The position numbers and the translations under genes were made by a program. Source: Candidatus Obscuribacteraceae bacterium (lineage in GTDB: Bacteria > Cyanobacteriota > Vampirovibrionia > Obscuribacterales > Obscuribacteraceae). From it: a stretch of 64,000 bases of DNA. This document shows positions 1 to 8,587 of this stretch, piece after piece (position 1 is the stretch's first letter; every line of letters begins with the position of its first letter). Where the stretch lies: positions 736,001 to 800,000 of the forward strand of contig JBGAHS010000001.1 of NCBI GenBank assembly GCA_044226015.1, read 5' to 3'. A model generated the notes under the pieces. It ran no database searches. It saw only the letters and a program-made list of their open reading frames with translations, and was not told the origin of the DNA.

Positions 1-179
1 TGATTGCTGCATCTTCGCAGGAGGACCTGAAGAAGTCTTTTGAGGAATCAAAAGCTGATTGGCTTGAAACCTACGAGAGGGGTCTTAAGAGAGTTCGGGC
101 AAAAGAGCTTGCTCACTACCTTGGTGAGGCAGGGCTAGTAGCGCGTATTGCTAATCTCAATAATTTTGAGTGCTTGTGA
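1..179 (+). CDS. 3' end of a CDS entering from the left edge (hypothetical)
   Basis: Open frame from position 3 (IAASSQEDLKKSFEESKADWLETYERG...NNFECL) to TGA at 177-179, convergent with the next gene. Translated by hand; not in the ORF track. Confidence 0.55.
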   Translation, partial: IAASSQEDLKKSFEESKADWLETYERGLKRVRAKELAHYLGEAGLVARIANLNNFECL

Positions 180-204
180 AGTTTGAACTAGCTGACTTTG
201 CACA

Positions 205-1629
205 CTAACCGGCAGGAATCCAAATTACATCTTGGGTTGTATGTCCAACTTGTACTTGTTTGCTGAATTCCAGTGTGTTGGTGTCCAAAATTCCTACAGT
301 GTCTGTTTGTTGGCTGGTCACGATGAGATGTCCACCATCTGGTGTCAAACATATTGAATGGGGGAAATCAACATCGAGTGGCAATTTCACTTCGTTGATT
401 TTTTGCAAGTTGCTTGTGTCGTAGATAACAATGCTGTTGTCTCGCCCAAGAGCCACATAGAGTTTCTTGCCGTCAGCGCTGATCGCAACACCCGTTGGAG
501 AATTTCCAGTCTTGATATTGTTCAAGACAATACGTTTTGTCAGGTCAACGACAGAAACTGTGTTTGAATGGCGATTGCTTACGTAAGCAGTTTTTTCTGT
601 TGGATGAACTACCATACATGTTGGAACATCTCCCAGTTTTACTGCACCAACAACTCTCTGGTTGTAGGCTGCAATTATCGCTAGCTGCGAGGCTGTCACG
701 CTAAGTAGCGTGACAAAGGCACCGTCTGCGGTGACTGACATTCGCGCAGGACCAATAGGTACTTTTGTTTTCGCCAGAATTTTTCCGGTTTCTGTTTCGA
801 TGGCGGCAACTTCAGAGCTTCCGCTCAGGGAGACAAAAATCAAAGTGCCGTTTGGTAAAGTGACTATTCCTCGTGGTGCTGTATTTGGTGGCAGGTCTAC
901 CTGACCCAGGAAGCGTCTCGATATCGGGTCGAGCATCAAAATTCTATTTTTCGCCTGGTCAGTAACATAAATGCGTCCGTCGACGAAGCTCATGCTCGAT
1001 GGCGTTCCCTGCGTTGGAAACTCAGCTATCTTGCTGAAGTTCTTCGCATCCATGAGAATTATGCTGCCATCTCTTATTGAGACCATAGCGAACATTCCGT
1101 CGCCGCTATATTGCTGCTGCTGTACGTGTTCTTTTTTCTTGAACTCCGGTTTCATCAATGCCACGTCTTCCATAATAGGTACAGACGTGAGGTCGCCGCG
1201 CATTGGTTTCATCGAATAAGGTAAGACAAAACCCTGGGGCACAATCAAATCTTCTGGCAGCTTGCTCGTCAGAAGCTTTTTCTTGATTGCATCAGGCAGG
1301 GCGTCCGGCAACTTCAGGGTGACGCTGCTGTCTTTCTTCTCAGTGCGGATATGCGCCCAGCCATTTTCATAAATCAAAAGCACCGGGTCGTCAGAGTCTT
1401 TTGGCCATTTCAGTATGCCTTCTGCTTTGGTTCGCTTTGGAGGATTTGACCCCGGTATCAAAGGCAGCATGAAACTGTGATCTGGAAGTTCTACACTTCC
1501 ATCAAGCCTCTGAATGCCTGCTGGAAAAACGGTCTCTAGCGTCTTCTTTATGTCGGCGCTGAGGCGGGTCGCCATCGCGGGGCAGCTGAGAAGCGAGAGA
1601 ATCAGAATCAAGGCGCTAGCAAGGCGCAT
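205..1629 (-). CDS. Secreted YncE/YVTN-type beta-propeller repeat protein
   Basis: Signal-peptide-like MRLASALILILSLLSCPAMA (likely ATG at 1629; the ORF extends to 1701). Repeats such as AYVSNRHSNTVSVVDL, PTGVAISADGKKLYVA and IYVTDQAKNRILMLD. Last gene of the chaperone run. Confidence 0.8.
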   Translation of the reverse strand: MRLASALILILSLLSCPAMATRLSADIKKTLETVFPAGIQRLDGSVELPDHSFMLPLIPGSNPPKRTKAEGILKWPKDSDDPVLLIYENGWAHIRTEKKDSSVTLKLPDALPDAIKKKLLTSKLPEDLIVPQGFVLPYSMKPMRGDLTSVPIMEDVALMKPEFKKKEHVQQQQYSGDGMFAMVSIRDGSIILMDAKNFSKIAEFPTQGTPSSMSFVDGRIYVTDQAKNRILMLDPISRRFLGQVDLPPNTAPRGIVTLPNGTLIFVSLSGSSEVAAIETETGKILAKTKVPIGPARMSVTADGAFVTLLSVTASQLAIIAAYNQRVVGAVKLGDVPTCMVVHPTEKTAYVSNRHSNTVSVVDLTKRIVLNNIKTGNSPTGVAISADGKKLYVALGRDNSIVIYDTSNLQKINEVKLPLDVDFPHSICLTPDGGHLIVTSQQTDTVGILDTNTLEFSKQVQVGHTTQDVIWIPAG

Positions 1630-1712
1630 TCGCGAAGCACACGAAAATGAGTGAGGCTTCGAATGACTCAATTTAGACCCTGTTCGTTTGGCTTCCAACA
1701 CAATGCTCTCGC

Positions 1713-2942
1713 TTACTCACCGTTAGCGTGTTTGCCTTTGAATACTCCGGCTATTGCATCGAATATTGAATGATGCTCTTTCTGGTCTTTGTCTTTGTCC
1801 TTGTCTTTCGAGTTCTCAGGGCTTGGCTGAGGGCGCTCGCTTTCGGGCACTGTGAGTTGTTCGCCACGCAATTCAGCGAGTTTGCGGTACAACTCTTTTT
1901 CTTCGTCAGAGAGTTTTGATGGCGTTTCAATGACTAGAACTACTTGCTGGATGCCTCTTCTTTCAGGGTTACTCAGTTGCGGAACGCCTTCGCCTTTCAT
2001 GGTGAGGACTGTTCCGAAGTTCGTACCTGCGGGAATCTTGAGCAAGCGCTTACCGCCTACGGTGTCAACGAGCATGTCGCCACCGATGGCAGCCATAGAC
2101 ATGCTGATTGGTTGTTTCAATAAAATTGTGGTGCCTTCGCGCTGGAATTTTTCATGTGCGCGAACATTTAGAATTACATACAAGTCGCCGGTTGGAGCGC
2201 CGCGTTTGCCACTGTCGCCTTCTCCAGTTACTCGAATGCGAGAGCCATTGTCCACCCCTGCTGGAATTTTCAATTCCAGAGTGCGGTCTTTTCGTTGAAG
2301 TCCCTTTCCAGCGCAATCTCCGCAAGGTTTTTCAACTTTAACGCCTTCCCCTGCGCAATTTGGACAGGGGACGATTTGCGAGAAATGACCAATAAATGTT
2401 GATGTTGTCTGTCGGACTTGCCCGTGCCCGCCGCAGCCAGTACATGTTACGGGCTCGCATCCTGCTGCACCGCCAGAGCCCTTACAGGTTTCACAGGTGC
2501 GGAGGTGTTTGATGTGGATTTTTTTCTCTACGCCAAAGACTGCTTCAAGAAATTGAATTTCCATGTCATAGCGAAGATCTGAGCCCCTTTGTGGACCAGA
2601 ACGCCGTTGACCGCCGCCGCGCATGCCGCCGCTGAAGAAGTACTCGAATATTTCGCCAAGATCGGAGAATGCGCTCATGTCGAATTCTTGACCGAACCCG
2701 CCGCCTGCTCCTGCGCCGCCTCTCTTTAGCCCGTCTTCGCCATAACGGTCGTAGAGGGCTTTCTTGTTCTCGTCGGAGAGCACTTCATATGAAGCTACAA
2801 GTTGCTTAAACTTGGCTTCATCGCCTGTCTCCTGGTTATCTGGGTGAAGTTCAGCCGCTTTCTTTCTGAAGGCTTTTTTGATTTCTTCAGGTGTTGCGCT
2901 CTTCGAAACCCCGAGGATATCGTAATAGTCTCCGGTTGCCAT
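1713..2942 (-). CDS. dnaJ: Molecular chaperone DnaJ (class A)
   Basis: J-domain DYYDILGV...LHPD, G/F-rich linker, four CxxCxGxG motifs (CETCKGSG, CTGCGGHG, CPNCAGEG, CGDCAGKG) and C-terminal domain. ATG at 2942 (ORF to 2951). Confidence 0.95.
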   Translation of the reverse strand: MATGDYYDILGVSKSATPEEIKKAFRKKAAELHPDNQETGDEAKFKQLVASYEVLSDENKKALYDRYGEDGLKRGGAGAGGGFGQEFDMSAFSDLGEIFEYFFSGGMRGGGQRRSGPQRGSDLRYDMEIQFLEAVFGVEKKIHIKHLRTCETCKGSGGAAGCEPVTCTGCGGHGQVRQTTSTFIGHFSQIVPCPNCAGEGVKVEKPCGDCAGKGLQRKDRTLELKIPAGVDNGSRIRVTGEGDSGKRGAPTGDLYVILNVRAHEKFQREGTTILLKQPISMSMAAIGGDMLVDTVGGKRLLKIPAGTNFGTVLTMKGEGVPQLSNPERRGIQQVVLVIETPSKLSDEEKELYRKLAELRGEQLTVPESERPQPSPENSKDKDKDKDQKEHHSIFDAIAGVFKGKHANGE

Positions 2943-3038
2943 TTTGTTCACGTGATTCCTACTTAAAGTAAGGTGCAGTCTCCACTAACCTTTCAGTTTA
3001 GCTAGAAACTTCAGTTTTCACCAACAAGAATATTTAAG

Positions 3039-4808
3039 TTACTCGGCCGTATCAGCTGCCGCTGCTCTTCCACTGCTGTAGAGTACACGTCCAACTTCGA
3101 GCAGGGCAGCGTCAAGCTGATCTACCAACTGCTTCAAATCTGGCGCATCTCCGGCTTCGAGCGCTGCTTTCAAAACGTCTAAGTTGCGTTTTACCATGTC
3201 GAGGAAATCTTGATCGACGACTCCGCTGTACTTTGTTAAAGTTCTCTCGGCTTCGGCTACCAGTGTTTCTGCCTTCATCTTCGCAGCAATGGTTTCTTTC
3301 TGAATTCTGTCTTGTTCCGCGAATTCCGAAGCTTCCTGTTCCATTTTTTCAACGTCAGATCTGGACAGACCAGAACTTCTTCGAATGGTAACAGAATGTT
3401 TGTTGCCTGAAGCTGCGTCCTTTGCGCTTACGTGCACGATGCCGTCAGCGTCGATGTCGAATGTAACATCAATTTTCGGAACGCCGCGTGGTGCACGCGG
3501 AATGCCATCAAGAGTGAACTTCGCAAGAGACTTGTTGAATTTAGCGAGTTCACGTTCACCCTGCAAGCAGTGGACTTCGACGTGAGACTGACCGTCTTCT
3601 GTCGTTGTGAAAGACATGCTTCTGCTGGTAGGAACGGTGGTATTACGTTCGATAATTTTGGTGAACAAGCCGCCAGCCGTTTCAATTCCGAGTGAAAGCG
3701 GAGTAACGTCGAGAAGCAATATCTCTTGAGTTTCTCCGGTGAGAATTGAGGCTTGAATAGCGGCTCCTAAAGCGACCGCTTCATCAGGGTTTACTGATTT
3801 GACTGGGTCTTTCTGGAAGAAACGCTTAATCGCGTCCTGTACTGCCGGAATTCTTGTTGAACCGCCAACCAGCAACACATGCTCGATTTGCTCGGCGCTG
3901 AGTCCGGAGTCAGCAATTGCTTGTTGAACCGGTTCCATCGTACCCTCTACCAGGTGCGCGCTCAGTTCATTGAACTTCGCCCGTGTTAGAGCAGCCTGGA
4001 AGTGTTTTGGTCCGCTTGCGTCTGCCGTCAGGAATGGCAAATGGATTTCGCTAACCATGGCTGAGGACAACTCAATTTTTGATTTTTCCGCAGTTTCCTT
4101 AAGTCTTTGAATAGCCATAAGGTCATTTGAAATGTCGATATCGTTTGCTTTTTGAAACTCAAGCTTCATCCAGTCGATGATAGCCTGGTCGAAGTCGTCT
4201 CCGCCCAATCTGTTGTTTCCAGCGGTTGCTTTAACTTCGAAAACACCTTCAGTAATATCGAGAATGCTTACGTCAAACGTGCCACCACCAAGGTCATAAA
4301 CAAGAATTGTGCCATTTTGCTCGAGCTTATCCAGACCATAGGCAAGTGATGATGCCGTAGGCTCGTTAATGATACGCAGAACATCGAGCCCGGCTATTTG
4401 TCCGGCGTCTCTGGTTGCTTGTCGCTGCGAGTCATTGAAATAAGCTGGAACTGTAATAACCGCTTTAGTAATTGTTTCGCCGATGTAAGCTTCCGCATCA
4501 ACCTTCAGTTTCTGCAAAATCATTGCGGAAATTTGCTCAGGTGTGTATGCGTTGCCGTCAATAGTAATACGATAGTTGGTGCCCATTTCTCGCTTGATTG
4601 AGAGAATGGTTCTTCCCGGATTTGTCACAGCCTGACGTTTTGCCAGGTGACCAACTATGCGCTCTCCCGTTCGCGTGAAACCCACTACGGATGGTGTCGT
4701 TCTCGAACCTTCCGCATTTGGAATAACTTCTGGCTTTCCGCCTTCCATCACCGCTACGCAAGAATATGTAGTACCAAGGTCAATTCCAATTACTTTTTCA
4801 GTGGTCAT
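3039..4808 (-). CDS. dnaK: Molecular chaperone DnaK (Hsp70)
   Basis: [43 protein letters not shown] and [11 protein letters not shown] motifs; lies between grpE and dnaJ. Confidence 0.97.
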   Translation of the reverse strand: MTTEKVIGIDLGTTYSCVAVMEGGKPEVIPNAEGSRTTPSVVGFTRTGERIVGHLAKRQAVTNPGRTILSIKREMGTNYRITIDGNAYTPEQISAMILQKLKVDAEAYIGETITKAVITVPAYFNDSQRQATRDAGQIAGLDVLRIINEPTASSLAYGLDKLEQNGTILVYDLGGGTFDVSILDITEGVFEVKATAGNNRLGGDDFDQAIIDWMKLEFQKANDIDISNDLMAIQRLKETAEKSKIELSSAMVSEIHLPFLTADASGPKHFQAALTRAKFNELSAHLVEGTMEPVQQAIADSGLSAEQIEHVLLVGGSTRIPAVQDAIKRFFQKDPVKSVNPDEAVALGAAIQASILTGETQEILLLDVTPLSLGIETAGGLFTKIIERNTTVPTSRSMSFTTTEDGQSHVEVHCLQGERELAKFNKSLAKFTLDGIPRAPRGVPKIDVTFDIDADGIVHVSAKDAASGNKHSVTIRRSSGLSRSDVEKMEQEASEFAEQDRIQKETIAAKMKAETLVAEAERTLTKYSGVVDQDFLDMVKRNLDVLKAALEAGDAPDLKQLVDQLDAALLEVGRVLYSSGRAAAADTAE

Positions 4809-4832
4809 TTGACGCCCTTCTGCTCGTGAGCT

Positions 4833-5777
4833 TTATGTGATGTCGTCCATGTCGCCTAAATCGAATATGCGAGAGCCTTCTTCTGTTTCCCCGGCAAGGG
4901 ATTTTTGAGCTGCTTTCGCCAATTCGTCGTCGTTTTTCGTGCTTTTAGATTCCGTAGAGCTGCTGGATGCTGTGGTGCTTTCGCTGGAAGCTGAGCTTGA
5001 ATTGCTCTGCTCTGCGCTCTTTGTCTGCTCTGGGGCAGCAGCGGGAGCTGGCTCTTGTACCGGAGCTGGTGCCGGAGCCGGAGCTTCTTTTTGAAGCGCT
5101 TCAACTGGTGGCATGTCCATCTTGGTATTAAGTGCAACGTTGACCAGCGCAGGCCGAATTACTCTTTCTCCCAACATGTAGCCACCGCGCAGTTCATGCA
5201 TGATGGTTTGGTCTGGAAGTGTTTCGGATTCAATTTGCTGAACCGGTTCGTGATAACGAGGGTCAAACAAAACACCACCGCTGGTATTAAGTCTCTTCAA
5301 TCCAGCTTGCTCCAAACACTGCATAATGCGTGTTGAAATCAACTGGAAGCTCTCTAGAAGCTTCTCTGTTGGAGTATCTTTGTTGAGATACATCTGAGCT
5401 CGATCGAGGTCGTCCAGCGCGGGAATAATCGCTTCGGCAGCTTTGCGAACGCCAGCATTCGCAAACTCTTCCTTGTCGCGTTCCATACGCCTGCGGAAAT
5501 TATCGAAATCTGCCGCCAGACGCTTGTACAAGTTTTCAAATTCAGTTGCTTTTTGTTCGAGCATTGCAACCTGTTGTTCAAGCTCTTTTACTCGGCGAGA
5601 ATCGGTTCCCCCTTCCGATGAAGAAGAACCTGCAGATTCATCTCCTGCATACATGGCTCTGAAAAATGCTTTGGCAGCATCCATTCGTGTGCCTTTTTCC
5701 TCTTCACTTTTCTCGTCTTTGTTTTCGTCGTCGTCTGGCATCGTAGCCCCGTTTCCTCCTAATTCGACCATGCCCAT
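4833..5777 (-). CDS. grpE: Nucleotide exchange factor GrpE with low-complexity N- and C-terminal extensions
   Basis: RLAADFDNFRRR, FDPRYHEPV and GYMLGERVIRPALVNV motifs; first gene of grpE-dnaK-dnaJ. Confidence 0.93.
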   Translation of the reverse strand: MGMVELGGNGATMPDDDENKDEKSEEEKGTRMDAAKAFFRAMYAGDESAGSSSSEGGTDSRRVKELEQQVAMLEQKATEFENLYKRLAADFDNFRRRMERDKEEFANAGVRKAAEAIIPALDDLDRAQMYLNKDTPTEKLLESFQLISTRIMQCLEQAGLKRLNTSGGVLFDPRYHEPVQQIESETLPDQTIMHELRGGYMLGERVIRPALVNVALNTKMDMPPVEALQKEAPAPAPAPVQEPAPAAAPEQTKSAEQSNSSSASSESTTASSSSTESKSTKNDDELAKAAQKSLAGETEEGSRIFDLGDMDDIT

Positions 5778-6039
5778 TGCCTAGCGGTTGTTACCAGCTA
5801 AGTTAGAGCATATAAGGATAACCATAGAAGATCTCTTGGCAACGCCAGATAAACCTCAAGGGAAATCCCCACATTACTAATTTTATGCTAGTCGCTAACA
5901 AAGCTCATTAGCTTTGGCTTTTTCCAACAAAGTTAGTAATATTAAATGCGATCAAACTCGTGTCACCTTGGCAATCGACCAGGGAATCTTCACTTTTGGG
6001 ATGGAAAAAATGTTTGCAACAAAGCAAGAAAAGACTGGC

Positions 6040-7098
6040 ATGTACTACGATTTGAACGCCAGATTGGTTGTCTATGCGCCAAATGCGCTCGGTAAAGACA
6101 GCTCTAAGACCGCTGAAGGTGTGCTGCGCTACGCCCAGAACCCGGTTGTGGCAGTAATCGACGCCAGCAAAGCTGGCAAGTCGATCAAAGACGTGACTGG
6201 TATTCCCTGCGACGCCCCAATAGTTTCCAGTCTAGATGAGGCTCTGAAGCTGAAGCCTGATGCTTTGCTACTCGGCACTGCATGGTCTGGTGGCGCGCTG
6301 CCTGACGAATGGAAGCCCGACCTGCTGAAAGCTATCGATAACGGACTCGACATAGTTAATGGCTTGCACGACTTCCTGGCGGACGACCCGCAACTTGCAG
6401 AAGCCGCAAAGAAGAAGAATGTTCGTTTGATTGATGTGCGTCGACCCCCAGAGAAGCTTCCTGTTGGAACCCGTGCAGCTGCTGCCAGCAAGGCTTTTGT
6501 TGTGTTGACAGTGGGAAGCGACTGCTCTGTTGGTAAGATGACCACCTCTCTTGAAATCGCCAAGGTCGCTAGAGCTCGCAGTAAGTCCGCCGGATTTGTT
6601 GCAACGGGTCAAACCGGAATAATGATTTGCGGAACTGGCATAGCGATTGACCGTGTTATTGGCGATTTTATGTCTGGCGCAGTTGAGCAACTCGTGTTGG
6701 ATGCTGCTAAGGACAATGAATACGTTCTCGTTGAGGGACAGGGATCGATTGTGCACCCTAGCTTTTCGGGAGTTACCCTTGCCTTGATGCATGGTTCCTG
6801 CCCACAGGGGTTGATTCTCTGTCATAACGCAAGACGTAGCCAAATCAAAGGTCTTGAGCCAATCGATCTCTTGCCTTTGAAAGAACTGGTTTCGATTTAC
6901 GAGCGTATGTGTTCTTATCTGCGTCCCACTAAAGTTCTTGGTGTTGCGTTTAATACCTTTGGTATGTCAGACAAAGAAGCAGAAGATGCAATCAATAAGG
7001 CTCAAAATGAGCTTGGGTTACCTGTTTGCGACCCTGTAAGGCAAGGCGCAGAAGTGTTGTTTGATGCAATTCAAAACTACAAGGAGTCGATGAAGTGA
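6040..7098 (+). CDS. DUF1611 family protein (DgcN-like D-glutamate N-acetyltransferase)
   Basis: KTAEGVLRY, NGLHDFL, TVGSDCSVGKMTT, FVATGQTG and VEGQGSIVHP are DUF1611 motifs. Likely ATG at 6040 (ORF from 5914). The stop overlaps the next start (GTGA). Confidence 0.85.
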   Translation: MYYDLNARLVVYAPNALGKDSSKTAEGVLRYAQNPVVAVIDASKAGKSIKDVTGIPCDAPIVSSLDEALKLKPDALLLGTAWSGGALPDEWKPDLLKAIDNGLDIVNGLHDFLADDPQLAEAAKKKNVRLIDVRRPPEKLPVGTRAAAASKAFVVLTVGSDCSVGKMTTSLEIAKVARARSKSAGFVATGQTGIMICGTGIAIDRVIGDFMSGAVEQLVLDAAKDNEYVLVEGQGSIVHPSFSGVTLALMHGSCPQGLILCHNARRSQIKGLEPIDLLPLKELVSIYERMCSYLRPTKVLGVAFNTFGMSDKEAEDAINKAQNELGLPVCDPVRQGAEVLFDAIQNYKESMK

Positions 7099-8153
7099 GC
7101 ACTGTAGAGAGCAAGGCGAAGTTGTCATTCTCATTCGAAGTTCTGAACCTCAGAACCAAGCATCCATTTGGAATCTCCTATGGAAGCTCTTCTGACAGCC
7201 ATAATGTACTGGTGAAAATGAACTACGGTGATGTTGAAGGGCTCGGTGAAGCATCTCCGGCGTCTTACCATTCTGAGTCCATCCCCACAGTTATGGCGGT
7301 TCTTGAGGACTTGCAGAAGCGCGATATTCTTGGTGACGATCCATTTGCAATTCAGGAAGTTTGCAGAAGGATGGATAAGGCGATTGCAGGAAATTATGCT
7401 GCGAAGTCAGCCATTGAAATGGCCATGCAAGATATCAGCGGGAAATTACTGGGCAAGCCACTTTTTCAGATACTTGGTTTAAGTGGTTTGGCTGCGCCGA
7501 TTACCGATTTCACCATCGGCATTGATAATCTCGAAATGGTTGAACGTAAGACAAAAGAAGCTGTCGATGCCGGTTTCAAGGTACTTAAGGTTAAACAGGG
7601 AACAAACTACGACAGAGACATCATCAAATGTATTCGCAAACACGCGCCAAATATACCGTTGCGTGTAGATGCAAATGGAGCCTGGACGCCGAAACAGGCA
7701 GTCGAGATGTCCAAGTTCTTAGCCGATAACGATGTTCAGTTCATTGAGCAGCCGGTGCCGAAGTTTGCTCATCTCGAAGAATGGCGATATGTGAAAGAAC
7801 ATGGAGCTTTGCCGATTTTTGCCGATGAAAGCTGCTGCCGTGCCGTTGATGCTGCCAGGCTGGCTAATGTGGTTGATGGGGTTGTTGTTAAACTCGCGAA
7901 GACCGGCGGTATTTCAGAGGCTCTGCGCCTGATTCACACAGCTAGAGCGCACAATCTCAAAATTATGTTCGGCTGCATGATCGAATCTTCCATTGGAATA
8001 AGCGCTGCTGCTCATCTGGCTTCGCTCGTGGATTATCTGGACCTCGATGGCGCAATGTTGCTTGATAACGACCCTTATGAAGGCGCTGTTTACCGTGATG
8101 GATTGATGGTTCCATCAGATAAACCTGGGTTGGGAGTCACTTTGCGCAGATAG
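7095..8153 (+). CDS. Enolase-superfamily dipeptide epimerase (L-Ala-D/L-Glu epimerase / DgcA-like racemase)
   Basis: GLGEA, KVK, RVDANGAW, IEQP, IFADES, VKLAKTGG, GCMIES and YLDLDG motifs of the muconate-lactonizing-enzyme subgroup. Confidence 0.9.
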   Translation: MSTVESKAKLSFSFEVLNLRTKHPFGISYGSSSDSHNVLVKMNYGDVEGLGEASPASYHSESIPTVMAVLEDLQKRDILGDDPFAIQEVCRRMDKAIAGNYAAKSAIEMAMQDISGKLLGKPLFQILGLSGLAAPITDFTIGIDNLEMVERKTKEAVDAGFKVLKVKQGTNYDRDIIKCIRKHAPNIPLRVDANGAWTPKQAVEMSKFLADNDVQFIEQPVPKFAHLEEWRYVKEHGALPIFADESCCRAVDAARLANVVDGVVVKLAKTGGISEALRLIHTARAHNLKIMFGCMIESSIGISAAAHLASLVDYLDLDGAMLLDNDPYEGAVYRDGLMVPSDKPGLGVTLRR

Positions 8154-8303
8154 GCAAATAAATCGAGCAAGGGAGCGCACTTTGCGGCTGCGCTTAGTGC
8201 TCAACACTTCGACGCACATGGAGTTTGTCTTGAAGACCTGGTTCTTAAAGCCAGGTCTTTTTGCTCTGCGGATTCAGGCGAGTCCAGGACGCAAATCCCC
8301 TTG

Positions 8304-8560
8304 GCGAATCCAGTCCGCGAATCCACGCGAATCCAGTCCGCGAACGCGAATCCAGTCCGCGAATCCACGCGAATCCAGTCCGCGAATCCACGCGAATCCA
8401 GTCCGCGAATCCAGTCGCGAATCCACGCGAATCCATCCGCGAATCCAGTCGCGAATCCAGTCGCGAATCCACGCGAATCCAGTCCGCGAATCCAGTCCGC
8501 GAATCCAGTCCGCCAATCCAGTCCGCGAATCCACGCGAATCCAACCGCGAATCCACGCGA
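8304..8560. repeat. Intergenic tandem array of 22 variable-length units with core GCGAATCCA (mostly 10, 12 or 13 bp)
   Basis: Parsed directly: units GCGAATCCAGTCC, GCGAATCCAC, GCGAATCCAGTC and single variants, contiguous from 8304 to 8556, between two convergent stop codons. Confidence 0.95.
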
Positions 8561-8587
8561 GTCTCAGCTCGAATTACAAGCGGAGCT

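Noticed and set aside
5778..6039. CIRCE operator upstream of grpE
   Set aside because: No TTAGCACTC-N9-GAGTGCTAA match was seen.
8304..8560. CRISPR array or HIP1 cluster
   Set aside because: Units are 6-13 bp and contiguous with no unique spacers, and no cas genes are in the window. The core GCGAATCCA is not HIP1 (GCGATCGC).
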